From Candidatus Bathyarchaeum sp. (GTDB lineage Archaea; Thermoproteota; Bathyarchaeia; Bathyarchaeales; Bathyarchaeaceae): a stretch of 40,032 nucleotides of DNA. This document shows, piece after piece, positions 27,831-36,580 of this stretch. Position 1 is the first letter of the stretch. Each line of letters starts with the position of its first letter. The position numbers were made by a program, and so were the translations under genes. Location: assembly GCA_026014495.1 (NCBI GenBank), contig JAOZIF010000067.1, positions 1 to 40,032 of the forward strand. The letters are read 5' to 3'. The notes beneath the pieces are model-generated. The model saw nothing but the letters and a program-made list of their open reading frames with translations. It ran no database searches and had not been told where the DNA came from.

Positions 27831-29117
27831 ATGACAACTAAATACGCTGAAACTTCGGTTGTTTACGAAAAAGCAATGCACTGGCCACCTTACACGTACC
27901 GAGATTATCCCAAAGCGTCGCCAGAATCGCTCCAAGAATTCATGGATATGCTAGCGACAGAGAACACCAGCAACGACAGAAAGGAACTACAACCATGGAT
28001 ACCTTTCTGCACGCTAAAGTGCAACTTTTGTTATTTTCCCACAGAACTGATTTCTAAAAACAAAATGGGAAACTACCTTGAGGCTCTAAAAAAATCGTTA
28101 AGTAGGTATGCAAAAACAAAATACATTAAGACAAGCGAGTTTTCCGAGGTATACTTGGCAGGTGGAACCCCAAGCATAATGTCCACCGATCAGACAATTG
28201 GTCTGTTATCGTTTTGTGAAAAAAACTTTGACATAAGTAAGGACCGAGAAATCAAAGTGACAGGATGCACTCACGATTTTGACTACAACAAACTCAAGGC
28301 ACTTTCAGAATATGGTGTTGACCAGCTGGATTTAGGTGTGCAAACCTTTGATGATAACATACGAAGATTAGTCAATCTGCGAGATAAAGCAAGAAATGCA
28401 GAAGAAATGATTAAAACAGCACATAAGCTGGGACTTCGCGTAAGCATCGATTTGATGTATAATCTTCCTGGACAGAGCCTAAAAGTCTGGGGCAGCGACA
28501 TACAAAGAGCCCTAGAATTGGATGTTGAAAGCGCGGATTGTTATGCGTTAGAAGTTTATCCTGGAACTAAGTTGGCTCAACAGCTGCAGTCTGGTGATTT
28601 ACCGCCTAGAGCTGACCAAGGAGCTGAAACACAGATGTACCTTGAAGCAAATAGTGTTTTCAAGGCGGCAGGATATGAAAAGACATGTCACAACCGGTTT
28701 TCGAGGATACCAGAAGACTTCCAAGAACCATGCATGGAGGTTCTGGGCACAGGTGCAGGCTTTTTTATGGGAAACTTGGGAAAATTCTCGTATGTAGACA
28801 TCGCGCCTTCCGAAGCATATATTGAAAAGATTAACAACGGAGAGTTTCCGATATCAAAACTTTCAGTGATGTCCACGGATGATGAGATGGGAAAGATGAT
28901 GATGCGTCTGTATATCCGTTTGCCCGTCAATAAGCAAGAGTTCAAGGTGCGTTTTGGAAAACTTCCAGAAGAAGCTTTTGAAGCAACAATCAACAAACTG
29001 GAAAAGAAGGGGCTAATTGAGATTGATGAACAGGAAATAAGGTTAACAAAGTTGGGCGACATATGGAGATATAATGTCTGCTGGGAGTTCTCTAGACCAC
29101 AAGAAAACAGTTCGTGA
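27831..29117 (+). CDS. HemN-like (class C-type) radical SAM enzyme
   Basis: IPFCTLKCNFCYF, VYLAGGTPS, LGVQTFDD, DLMYNLPGQ, LGTGAG, HemN-type C-terminal domain (IRLTKLG). Confidence 0.88.
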   Translation: MTTKYAETSVVYEKAMHWPPYTYRDYPKASPESLQEFMDMLATENTSNDRKELQPWIPFCTLKCNFCYFPTELISKNKMGNYLEALKKSLSRYAKTKYIKTSEFSEVYLAGGTPSIMSTDQTIGLLSFCEKNFDISKDREIKVTGCTHDFDYNKLKALSEYGVDQLDLGVQTFDDNIRRLVNLRDKARNAEEMIKTAHKLGLRVSIDLMYNLPGQSLKVWGSDIQRALELDVESADCYALEVYPGTKLAQQLQSGDLPPRADQGAETQMYLEANSVFKAAGYEKTCHNRFSRIPEDFQEPCMEVLGTGAGFFMGNLGKFSYVDIAPSEAYIEKINNGEFPISKLSVMSTDDEMGKMMMRLYIRLPVNKQEFKVRFGKLPEEAFEATINKLEKKGLIEIDEQEIRLTKLGDIWRYNVCWEFSRPQENSS

Positions 29118-29132
29118 TGTTATTAGCGGGGG

Positions 29133-29972
29133 TTGATGTTGAACGCGCTAAAAGTCTTTAGGGGCTTGATGGCTTTTCTTACAGCCATCCCTGTGAAGAT
29201 GGATGAAAGTTTTTTGGATATTTCTGCCAAGTTCATGTTCCTGTTTCCAGTGATAGGTATTATTATAGGAGTCCTTGTCGGAGCATATGCCCGATTCGCA
29301 AACACTGTTTTGTTCTCTCTTTTTGGCGCCATAAACAACATTGTTTTTTCAGGTTCTTACGAAGCTTTTTTCCAGTTTGCAGCCAAGGGGCTTGCAAGCG
29401 CCATGATTATCGCGTTCATACTTGTGATTATAGGGCTTCAGCACACAGACGGCTTAGTTGATGTTGGTAACGCTTTAGGCATGAGAAAAGCGTCCCTTGA
29501 AGATAAAGTGGACATTGCTCACGTATGGACGGTTACACGAACAGGAGCCTTTCTTGCTCTGGCTGTTTCGTTCTTCACGTTTTTACTTATCTTCCTGACA
29601 AAAACGGATGTAATAATCCAAGCGCTCATAGTTGCAGAGGTTTCAGCTAAATTAGCAATGGTTACTACTGGGTGGCAAGGCACGTCCCCACCGCCCAAGT
29701 TCTATGAAAACAGGTGGGAAAAAGGAAGAAGCTTCATTGATTCAATTAGGAAAAAACATGGGCTATACGCTATTTCGTTAGGTATTTCACTTGTCGTTAG
29801 CGTTGCATTATTTGGTTTAACGGGTGTTTTTGCCGTAGTTGCTGGAATGCTGGTAGGTAGCGTCATGATAGTTGTGGGCAAGCAGGTTTTTGGAGGAGTA
29901 AATGGAGATATTTTTGGCGCCACTAATGAGATTGCCCGAATGGTTGCATTGTTTGTGTTGGTGATTTTGTGA
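29133..29972 (+). CDS. cobS: Adenosylcobinamide-GDP ribazoletransferase (cobalamin synthase) CobS
   Basis: FLTAIPV, FPVIG, GLQHTDGLVD, GGVNGDIFGATNEIAR; multi-TM; adjacent to cobY. Confidence 0.88.
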   Translation: MMLNALKVFRGLMAFLTAIPVKMDESFLDISAKFMFLFPVIGIIIGVLVGAYARFANTVLFSLFGAINNIVFSGSYEAFFQFAAKGLASAMIIAFILVIIGLQHTDGLVDVGNALGMRKASLEDKVDIAHVWTVTRTGAFLALAVSFFTFLLIFLTKTDVIIQALIVAEVSAKLAMVTTGWQGTSPPPKFYENRWEKGRSFIDSIRKKHGLYAISLGISLVVSVALFGLTGVFAVVAGMLVGSVMIVVGKQVFGGVNGDIFGATNEIARMVALFVLVIL

Positions 29973-30583
29973 TGCAAGTGGTAGCGTTGATTATGGCGGG
30001 AGGAAAAGGAACCCGTTTTAGTGGAGACACTGAAAAACCTATGGCACAATTCGATGGCAAACCGCTCATAAGAAGAGTTATTGACGCCGTCAAGGAGTCC
30101 AAAAGAATTGCAGATATTTACGTAGCGGTAACCGCTTACAGTCCAAATACGGCTCAAGAGGCAAAGAAAGCAGCAGTAAAGGTTATCGAGACCGACGGAA
30201 AAGGATACCATGTTGACGTGCAACAAGCAGTAAAGAAAGCGAACATATCGTGTCCTGTTTTTATTATCTCAGCTGACCTTCCTTTGATTAATGGAAAGTT
30301 TCTTGATGAAGTAATCGGCAAATACGAAAAGTCAGGCAAACCCGCTTTAACTGTGCTGATTCCTGAAGAAGCTTTTCGCGAGTATGGCTTGTCAGCTGTT
30401 TCGCTTTATGAGCAAGAGGGAAAAATGTATGCAGTTTCAGGCATCAACATAATTGATGGTCAAAGAATCTTAGAGGAACAAGAACAAGAAGTTGTTGTCA
30501 GCAGCAAACCCGAAGCTGTCTTCACAGTTAACTCACGTAAAGATTTGATTGCAGCACAGGAGTATCTATCGCGTACCAAGTAG
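29969..30583 (+). CDS. cobY: Adenosylcobinamide-phosphate guanylyltransferase CobY
   Basis: LIMAGGKGTRF...EKPM...GKPLI, GKGYHVD, ISADLPLI, SGINII, FTVNS; overlaps the cobS stop codon. Confidence 0.88.
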   Translation: MMQVVALIMAGGKGTRFSGDTEKPMAQFDGKPLIRRVIDAVKESKRIADIYVAVTAYSPNTAQEAKKAAVKVIETDGKGYHVDVQQAVKKANISCPVFIISADLPLINGKFLDEVIGKYEKSGKPALTVLIPEEAFREYGLSAVSLYEQEGKMYAVSGINIIDGQRILEEQEQEVVVSSKPEAVFTVNSRKDLIAAQEYLSRTK

Positions 30584-30611
30584 ATTCGACAAGGCAATCA
30601 AGAAGAAAGAG

Positions 30612-31751
30612 CTATTTTTGTTTGTTTAAAGATTTGATTGCGTCTATCAGTTTTTTGTTTTCTTCTGGTCGCCTAACTGTTACTCTGAAGAATCTGTTGT
30701 TTAATCCGTCGAAGTCTTTACAGTCTCTTATTAGCAGACCCTTTTTGGCAAGTCCCTCTTTGATGTGTGTTGAAGTTAACTTTCCTTGGGTTACTTCAAT
30801 TAGTAAAAAGTTGGTTTCAGAATGATGTACCTTCAACCAAGCAATAGACTTGAACAGCTTAATCATTTCTTTTCTGCTCTTTGAAACAAGAAGACGACTG
30901 TTTTTGATGAAGTCGACGTCATTAACTGCCGCTGCAGTCGCAAACATGGCTAAACTGTTTACGCTCCAAGGCATTTTTACATTATTTAGGACATTAATAA
31001 GGTCAGGTGAGGCTATGCCAAAACCTATTCTGACGCCTGCTAAACCAAAGAATTTTGTTAATGACCTGAGAACAAACAGGTTGTTGTACTCGTTAACGTA
31101 CTCAGCCATTGAGTATCTTTTGGCATCGTCAACAAAGTCAATGTAATCCTCGTCAAGAAACACAAGAACATTGCGTTTTGCAGCAAACCTAATGATGTGC
31201 AGGAGGTCTTCTTTTTCATAAAGCACTCCAGTTGGACTATTTGGATTACAAAGAAATATAATTCTAGTTTTTTTTGAAATTGACTGCTCCAGTTCTTTGA
31301 CGTTTAGCTCAAAATTCTTTGCTGAATCACATTTTAGAAAGGTCATGTTTCCGCCGAATCGTTCTATTGCTGCTTTGTATTCACTAAATGATGGGACAGG
31401 AATAACAGCCTCGTATCCATCCTCAAGAAAGACTTCATTGAACAAGTAGATTAACTCAGTGGAGCCGTTGCCCAATATCACATTGTTAGGATTTACGCCA
31501 TTAGACTTTGCAAGAATTTTAAGAAGCCATTCAGGATTGGGGTCAGGATAATGTTTTATCAAGTTGAGGTGTTCGCTGATAGTTTTTAGTGCAGTTTCGG
31601 GTGCACCTAGGGGGTTGGTGGAGATGCTAAAGTCAATAAGTTGGTCTACAGGAATGTCATATTTTTCTGAAATTTCCCAAACGTTTCCGCCGTGAAAGTA
31701 GGGAGTTAAGTCTCTAAGAGATTTCTTAGCCAGCTTGGAAACATCTACCAT
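30612..31751 (-). CDS. cobD: L-threonine-O-3-phosphate decarboxylase CobD (PLP, HisC-like)
   Basis: HGGNV, DFSISTNPLG, YPDP, GNGSTELI, CNPNSPTG, DEDYIDF, RSLTKFFGLAGVRIG. The cob context favours CobD over HisC. Confidence 0.82.
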   Translation of the reverse strand: MVDVSKLAKKSLRDLTPYFHGGNVWEISEKYDIPVDQLIDFSISTNPLGAPETALKTISEHLNLIKHYPDPNPEWLLKILAKSNGVNPNNVILGNGSTELIYLFNEVFLEDGYEAVIPVPSFSEYKAAIERFGGNMTFLKCDSAKNFELNVKELEQSISKKTRIIFLCNPNSPTGVLYEKEDLLHIIRFAAKRNVLVFLDEDYIDFVDDAKRYSMAEYVNEYNNLFVLRSLTKFFGLAGVRIGFGIASPDLINVLNNVKMPWSVNSLAMFATAAAVNDVDFIKNSRLLVSKSRKEMIKLFKSIAWLKVHHSETNFLLIEVTQGKLTSTHIKEGLAKKGLLIRDCKDFDGLNNRFFRVTVRRPEENKKLIDAIKSLNKQK

Positions 31752-31796
31752 AATGTGCCTTCCTGTTTAGGTTTTCAGACTTTATTGTTCAGACAG

Positions 31797-31806
31797 ATAT
31801 AAAAAT
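31797..31806 (-). promoter_or_regulatory. TATA box of cobD
   Basis: Minus strand atttttatat about 50 nt upstream of the ATG; GGAAGG RBS at 31758-31763. Confidence 0.5.
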
Positions 31807-31826
31807 TAACAGCCAAAACAAGAGCG

Positions 31827-32444
31827 TTAACTGGATTTTTGATCAAGCTCCTTTAGGAAACGCAGCAACTCATCCTCGATTATCCACTGCATCTTGAAGT
31901 GATTATTGTAGTCGTTAAAGATTCTATAGAGCCAATACGCAGCTGCTAAACCAAAGGTTGCAACACTAAGAAAAACATACTTACCTATCGCAAATTTGGG
32001 TGTAGTCGCGTAACTTTGGATGTTCAAAGGCACTCCAGAATCTTTTGCCAATGCAAGTATTTCATGCAAAAAATCGTGTTCGTGCTCTTCGTGTTTTTGA
32101 AGGTCAGTCTTTAAAGAGTAAAAAAGGTAAAAGGCTGGAACAATTAGAAGCGTTGAAAGAGTCAAGGCTTTCTCATTTCTGGAGGACAGTTTAACTGTTT
32201 TTGGAGATTCGGGTGCACTCTGTGGATTTCGAGTTTTTCTAAGCTTGCTCAGGATTAGTGTTTCCAGTTTTTCTTGTCTAGCGAAGTGGTCGTTTCTTCT
32301 TTTGATTGTGTAGTATATCATTGGAAACCAAGCTATTCCAAAACTTGCTACCGATAGAACAGCCCACATAGAGAACCACATGATGCGGTCTGTTTCTTTT
32401 CTTGTTGCGATGTTTTTTTCGATTTCCAGCAGAGTTTGCTTCAC
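31827..32444 (-). CDS. DUF4234-like membrane protein with an internal duplication (ORF open from 32531)
   Basis: Two similar halves (LSVASFGIAWFPMIYYTIKRRNDHF and LSVATFGLAAAYWLYRIFNDYNNHF); GGAG RBS upstream of the GTG at 32444. Confidence 0.65.
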   Translation of the reverse strand: MKQTLLEIEKNIATRKETDRIMWFSMWAVLSVASFGIAWFPMIYYTIKRRNDHFARQEKLETLILSKLRKTRNPQSAPESPKTVKLSSRNEKALTLSTLLIVPAFYLFYSLKTDLQKHEEHEHDFLHEILALAKDSGVPLNIQSYATTPKFAIGKYVFLSVATFGLAAAYWLYRIFNDYNNHFKMQWIIEDELLRFLKELDQKSS

Positions 32445-32567
32445 TTTGGTTAAGTCTCTCCATGAGTGTTCATGCTGTGAACAACAATGCAGAACTACAA
32501 CCTGATTTAATATAAAAAGTGAACCATTCATTCACTTGTATGAAAGTGTTGGCAAACTATTTAATTC

Positions 32568-33311
32568 ATGAAAGGGGACATCTCTGAGACAATGGCAAAA
32601 GGTAACAAAGACATGGAGCGAGAAAATTTTTTCGTTTCTGTTATTATTCCAGTGTTCAATGAGGAAGTAACGGTAGGAGGCATAGTTACTCGAACAAAGG
32701 ATACTTTGGAAAAGATGGGAGTGTTATACGAAGTTTTGGTTGTTGATGATGGGTCAGATGACAGGTCAGCAGAGGTAGCAAATGAACGAAAAGCCACTGT
32801 GATAAGTGCTGCCCATCAGGGGAAAGGTTTTGCGCTCCGTTCTGGTTTTAGACAAGCTAAAGGCGAATTTGTAGTTACATTGGATGGGGATGGTTCTCAC
32901 AAGCCAGAAGAGATTCCGTTGGTTCTACGGGGCATAATGGAGGACAGGGCTGATTTTGTGGTTGGTTCAAGATTCGCTAATTCTGAAGACAACAAGACTA
33001 AGATTCCGAAAATAAACAGGATGGGAAACAGGTTGTTTAACAACATGACTGGATATCTTACTGGCGTAAATATTTCGGATTCTCAATCTGGTTTTAGAGC
33101 AATTCGAGCATCATTAATCAAAAAGATGAAGTTAACTTCTCACGGCTATGAAGTTGAGTCTGAAATGCTTGTTAAAGCATTGCGGATGGGCGCAAGAGTT
33201 GCGGAAACGCCCATAAGTTTTGACCAAAGGACGGTAGGAAATTCTAAGCTTGACCCCATAAGAGATGGCGCAAGAATACTTTATGCCATAATAGCATCTT
33301 ATTTATCATAA
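32568..33311 (+). CDS. GT2 DPM1-like lipid-phosphate glycosyltransferase
   Basis: SVIIPVFNEE, VVDDGSDD, HQGKG.ALRSG, TLDGDGSHKPEEI, VVGSRF, DSQSGFRA, YEVESEM. Confidence 0.92.
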   Translation: MKGDISETMAKGNKDMERENFFVSVIIPVFNEEVTVGGIVTRTKDTLEKMGVLYEVLVVDDGSDDRSAEVANERKATVISAAHQGKGFALRSGFRQAKGEFVVTLDGDGSHKPEEIPLVLRGIMEDRADFVVGSRFANSEDNKTKIPKINRMGNRLFNNMTGYLTGVNISDSQSGFRAIRASLIKKMKLTSHGYEVESEMLVKALRMGARVAETPISFDQRTVGNSKLDPIRDGARILYAIIASYLS

Positions 33312-33363
33312 AATAGGTTAGTATCATTAGTGGGTTACAAAACAATACCAAAGGGGCAACCAG

Positions 33364-34389
33364 TTGAAAAACAAAGAGCCTAAACAAGAAAAGGAGCCGC
33401 TTTTAGGAGTTAGCATAATAGTAACCACATTTAACAGCGCACCGACAATAGATGAGTGCCTTCGCTCGATTCTGGAACTGGATTACCCCAAAGAGTTACT
33501 TGAAGTAATAGTGGTTGATGGGGGTTCAACAGACGCAACAATGGAAATCGCAAAAACACATCCAGTTAAACTGGTTTATAGTCAACTTAACCCTGCTGCT
33601 GCTTACAACCTTGTTTTGAAAAATGTAGAAAACGAGGTAATAGGCTTAATTGATTCTGACGCCAAAGTGGAAAAAAGTTGGCTTAGAAAGCTTGTTAGGC
33701 ACTTAGATGACCCAGAGGTTGCTGGAGCAAGCGGAACCGTGGAAACATGGAACAGTGATAGTTTGGTTCCAAGAGTTATAGGTTATGAACTGAATTACAG
33801 GTATCAAAGGCTTCCCAAAACGGTTGAAAGAGTAGCAACCATGAACCTGTTACTGAAAACGAAGGTAACCATGGAAATTGGAGGCTTTGATGAGGCTCTT
33901 CCAACACAGTATGATACAGACATAGGAGCAAGATTAGCCAAGAAGGGCTACAAGATAGCGTTTGACATTGAAGCAAAATGTTACCATTTTCATCGTCCAA
34001 CACTGAGAACGTTCTTCAAGCAGCAGTACAAGTATGGTCAGAACACGTGGAAGCTGTATTTCAAACATCCAAAGTTGGCTAGTGGTGACAAAATAACGGA
34101 CAGGTGGATGAATGTTCAGCCAATACTGTGTGGGGTTGCAGGCATATTGCTTCTAGTTAGTGTAGTTACAGGCTTTCATTGGATTCCATCATTGATGTTT
34201 CTAGCTATTGTTCTTGCAACAACACTGCATTACGTGTTGTCTGCTGTAAAAATTTCATACATTTTTCATGACCCAACAGCCATGTATCTTGTTGTAATTT
34301 ATTTCACCAGAGCCTTAGGGTGGACACTAGGAGGAACAACCTCTTTAATCCAAACAGCGTTAACACGAGGAGAGGACAGAAAAAATTGA
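33364..34389 (+). CDS. GT2 glycosyltransferase with C-terminal TM helices
   Basis: SIIVTTFNS, VVDGGSTD, IDSD, IGGFDE, QQYKYG (QxxRW-like), C-terminal hydrophobic segments. Confidence 0.9.
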   Translation: MKNKEPKQEKEPLLGVSIIVTTFNSAPTIDECLRSILELDYPKELLEVIVVDGGSTDATMEIAKTHPVKLVYSQLNPAAAYNLVLKNVENEVIGLIDSDAKVEKSWLRKLVRHLDDPEVAGASGTVETWNSDSLVPRVIGYELNYRYQRLPKTVERVATMNLLLKTKVTMEIGGFDEALPTQYDTDIGARLAKKGYKIAFDIEAKCYHFHRPTLRTFFKQQYKYGQNTWKLYFKHPKLASGDKITDRWMNVQPILCGVAGILLLVSVVTGFHWIPSLMFLAIVLATTLHYVLSAVKISYIFHDPTAMYLVVIYFTRALGWTLGGTTSLIQTALTRGEDRKN

Positions 34390-35576
34390 ACGTGTGCTTT
34401 GTAACTCCAGAGTACTTCCCAATTTCAGGCGGAACAGGAGCTTATGTGTATTATCTTTCACATAGTCTCCAAAAAATGGGACATAACGTTCACGTGGTAG
34501 CCAGAGACAAGCAAGACTCTGAGCGAACAATTAACGGAATCCAAGTCCATTACATAAAAGGCGTAGGAAACGCCCTAACCAGATACTGGCGATTCGCCCG
34601 CTCAGCCTCCAAAAAAATAAAAGAACTGAACAAACAAAGTGGCTTGGACATAATACACGCTAACCTTCCTTTGGTTCCAAGTTTTGCCATACCAAACGTT
34701 TCATCCAAGGTTGTTTGTGCAGTTCACTCAACATGGAAAGGAGAAGCCATAGTAACAAAACAAGACAACCCCAAAGAGCTAAATCCCAACGAAAAGTCGA
34801 TGCTTCGCTTCAATTTTGTGCTCAGAAAATACGAAAAAAGTTTGATGAAGCGTTCAGATGCCCTGATTGCAGTGAGCAAATACACTGTTAATGAGCTAAC
34901 AGACCTTTATGGCATCAACAAAAATAAGATTCATGTAATCTACAACGGTGTTGACACACAAAAATTCAAGCCACGACAAAACAGGGCTGAGCTACGAAAA
35001 GAATTTGGCTTAGAAGAAGACAAGAAAATAGTTCTCTTTGTTGGGCGCCTCTATCATCGAAAGGGGCTGGAAACCTTATTGCAGTCAATTCCGTCAGTCC
35101 TTAAAGAAGAAAGTAACGTAAAGTTTGTCATATCAGGAAAAGGCTTCAAGCAAAAAGAAGAAAACCTGAAAAATCTAGCAAAAGAGTTGAATATAGAAGA
35201 TTACGTGACGTTTCTGGGTTATGTTCCAGATGAAAAACTGCCTAACTTATACTCTGCATCTGACATATTTGTGCTACCAGCAATTTACGAAAACTTTCCA
35301 TTCGCCATACTTGAAGCCCAATCTAGTGCGCTTCCAGTTATTTCTACTAAAGTTGGAGGAATACCAGAGTTTTTAGTAGATAACGAAAACGGGTTTTTGA
35401 TAGACCACGGAGACCCAAAACAGATAACACAAAAAGTGTTAGCTTTGCTGCAGAATCCCAAACGTGCACAAGAAATGGGTGAATATGGAAGAAAGTTAAT
35501 AGAAGAAAAGTTTGATTGGAACCTGATTACCAAGCAAGTAATTGACTTGTATCACAAGCTTTTAGAGGAAACTTAA
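34386..35576 (+). CDS. GT4-family glycosyltransferase
   Basis: TTG start overlapping the upstream TGA; YFPISGGTG, IHAN, IYNGVD, FVGRL..RKG, FVLPAIYENFPFAILEAQSSALPVISTKVGGIPE. Confidence 0.93.
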   Translation: MNVCFVTPEYFPISGGTGAYVYYLSHSLQKMGHNVHVVARDKQDSERTINGIQVHYIKGVGNALTRYWRFARSASKKIKELNKQSGLDIIHANLPLVPSFAIPNVSSKVVCAVHSTWKGEAIVTKQDNPKELNPNEKSMLRFNFVLRKYEKSLMKRSDALIAVSKYTVNELTDLYGINKNKIHVIYNGVDTQKFKPRQNRAELRKEFGLEEDKKIVLFVGRLYHRKGLETLLQSIPSVLKEESNVKFVISGKGFKQKEENLKNLAKELNIEDYVTFLGYVPDEKLPNLYSASDIFVLPAIYENFPFAILEAQSSALPVISTKVGGIPEFLVDNENGFLIDHGDPKQITQKVLALLQNPKRAQEMGEYGRKLIEEKFDWNLITKQVIDLYHKLLEET

Positions 35577-36577
35577 CGGGGCAAAGAGTTGTCCCAGTGT
35601 TTATCTATCCACTCTTTTCCTTTGATTTCTGTATCGACTTTCCTGTAGACATTCAGGCAGCCCTGTAGCATATTCAAAAAGGGTGTGCCAAAACAAAGGC
35701 GTGTAAGAAAATAGTTTTTGTAAACCCATCGCTGAGTACGAACCGCCAAATCAGCATATGGAAGAAGAAAAGGGCGTTTCACATTTTCGATGTTTTCGCC
35801 TATAATTTGGGTCCGGCTTTGTTCGCGTTGCAAATGTTTGTCAATAAACTTTAGGTAACTGATGTCAGCCCAGTCAATGCCCATTATTTCACAGCACAGC
35901 TTGTCCATGGCAAGAAGATCACTACTTGCTAGGATAAGATTCATGGGTATGACAATTCCTCTGTTGGGTCCGTTTCCTTCCATGGCAAACGTAGCGTCCA
36001 TAACAACAAGCTTGGGTTTTAACAAAACTAGCAAATCATGCATAACCATGTCAAATTTAGGATGCAGAAAAATGCGTCTATCGTTTGGTATGCAGCCAAA
36101 CAGGTTCTTCATGGCGCCACTGTAGGTTGTGAACTCGTGAGTCTTCATAACTGGAACGTCAATAACACAGTCCGCGGCTACAATAGTTTTAGGCAATGGA
36201 AAAATGTTCAAACAAAAGGTTTTGTCACTTTGAACGTTTACGGTTTCGTCGTTAGACAAGTTGATTGCAGTTCCGCCAGCTTTTTCAACAACCTTCTTTA
36301 CGCCAGTCATTGCCAGAGCATCGTCGCAACAGTAATTGTAGCCGTTAGATTCGCCGACAATAACTTCTTCAGCTCTGTCCCGAAGAAGACACACCAAATG
36401 AAACAGTAAAACAGGGTTTGTGACAGCCCCCTGAATGTAATATTTAGAGCACAAATTTGGTTTTATGAAAACCTTACCGCGAACATGCCTATCCCAGTCA
36501 GCAGCTTTTAGTGCCTCTTTTAGGGCTGACTCTAAACTGTCATCGGTTTTAAAAACACCAATATTTACCGTTTTCAT
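35573..36577 (-). CDS. DUF362-domain protein
   Basis: VFIKPNL, VTNP, VIVGES, VPVMKTH...GAMKNLFG, DATFAMEGNGP, ASSDLLAMD; 3 bp downstream of the rSAM/SPASM gene. Confidence 0.85.
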   Translation of the reverse strand: MKTVNIGVFKTDDSLESALKEALKAADWDRHVRGKVFIKPNLCSKYYIQGAVTNPVLLFHLVCLLRDRAEEVIVGESNGYNYCCDDALAMTGVKKVVEKAGGTAINLSNDETVNVQSDKTFCLNIFPLPKTIVAADCVIDVPVMKTHEFTTYSGAMKNLFGCIPNDRRIFLHPKFDMVMHDLLVLLKPKLVVMDATFAMEGNGPNRGIVIPMNLILASSDLLAMDKLCCEIMGIDWADISYLKFIDKHLQREQSRTQIIGENIENVKRPFLLPYADLAVRTQRWVYKNYFLTRLCFGTPFLNMLQGCLNVYRKVDTEIKGKEWIDKHWDNSLPR

Positions 36578-36580
36578 TTG

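Noticed and set aside
27831-29117. Bona fide HemN coproporphyrinogen oxidase or HemW
   Set aside because: Divergent pre-CxxxCxxC motif, no hem genes nearby, and anaerobic archaea generally use the Ahb route; left as HemN-like.
30612-31751. Histidinol-phosphate aminotransferase HisC
   Set aside because: The N-terminal HGGN and DFS..TNPLG motifs and adjacency to cobY/cobS favour CobD.
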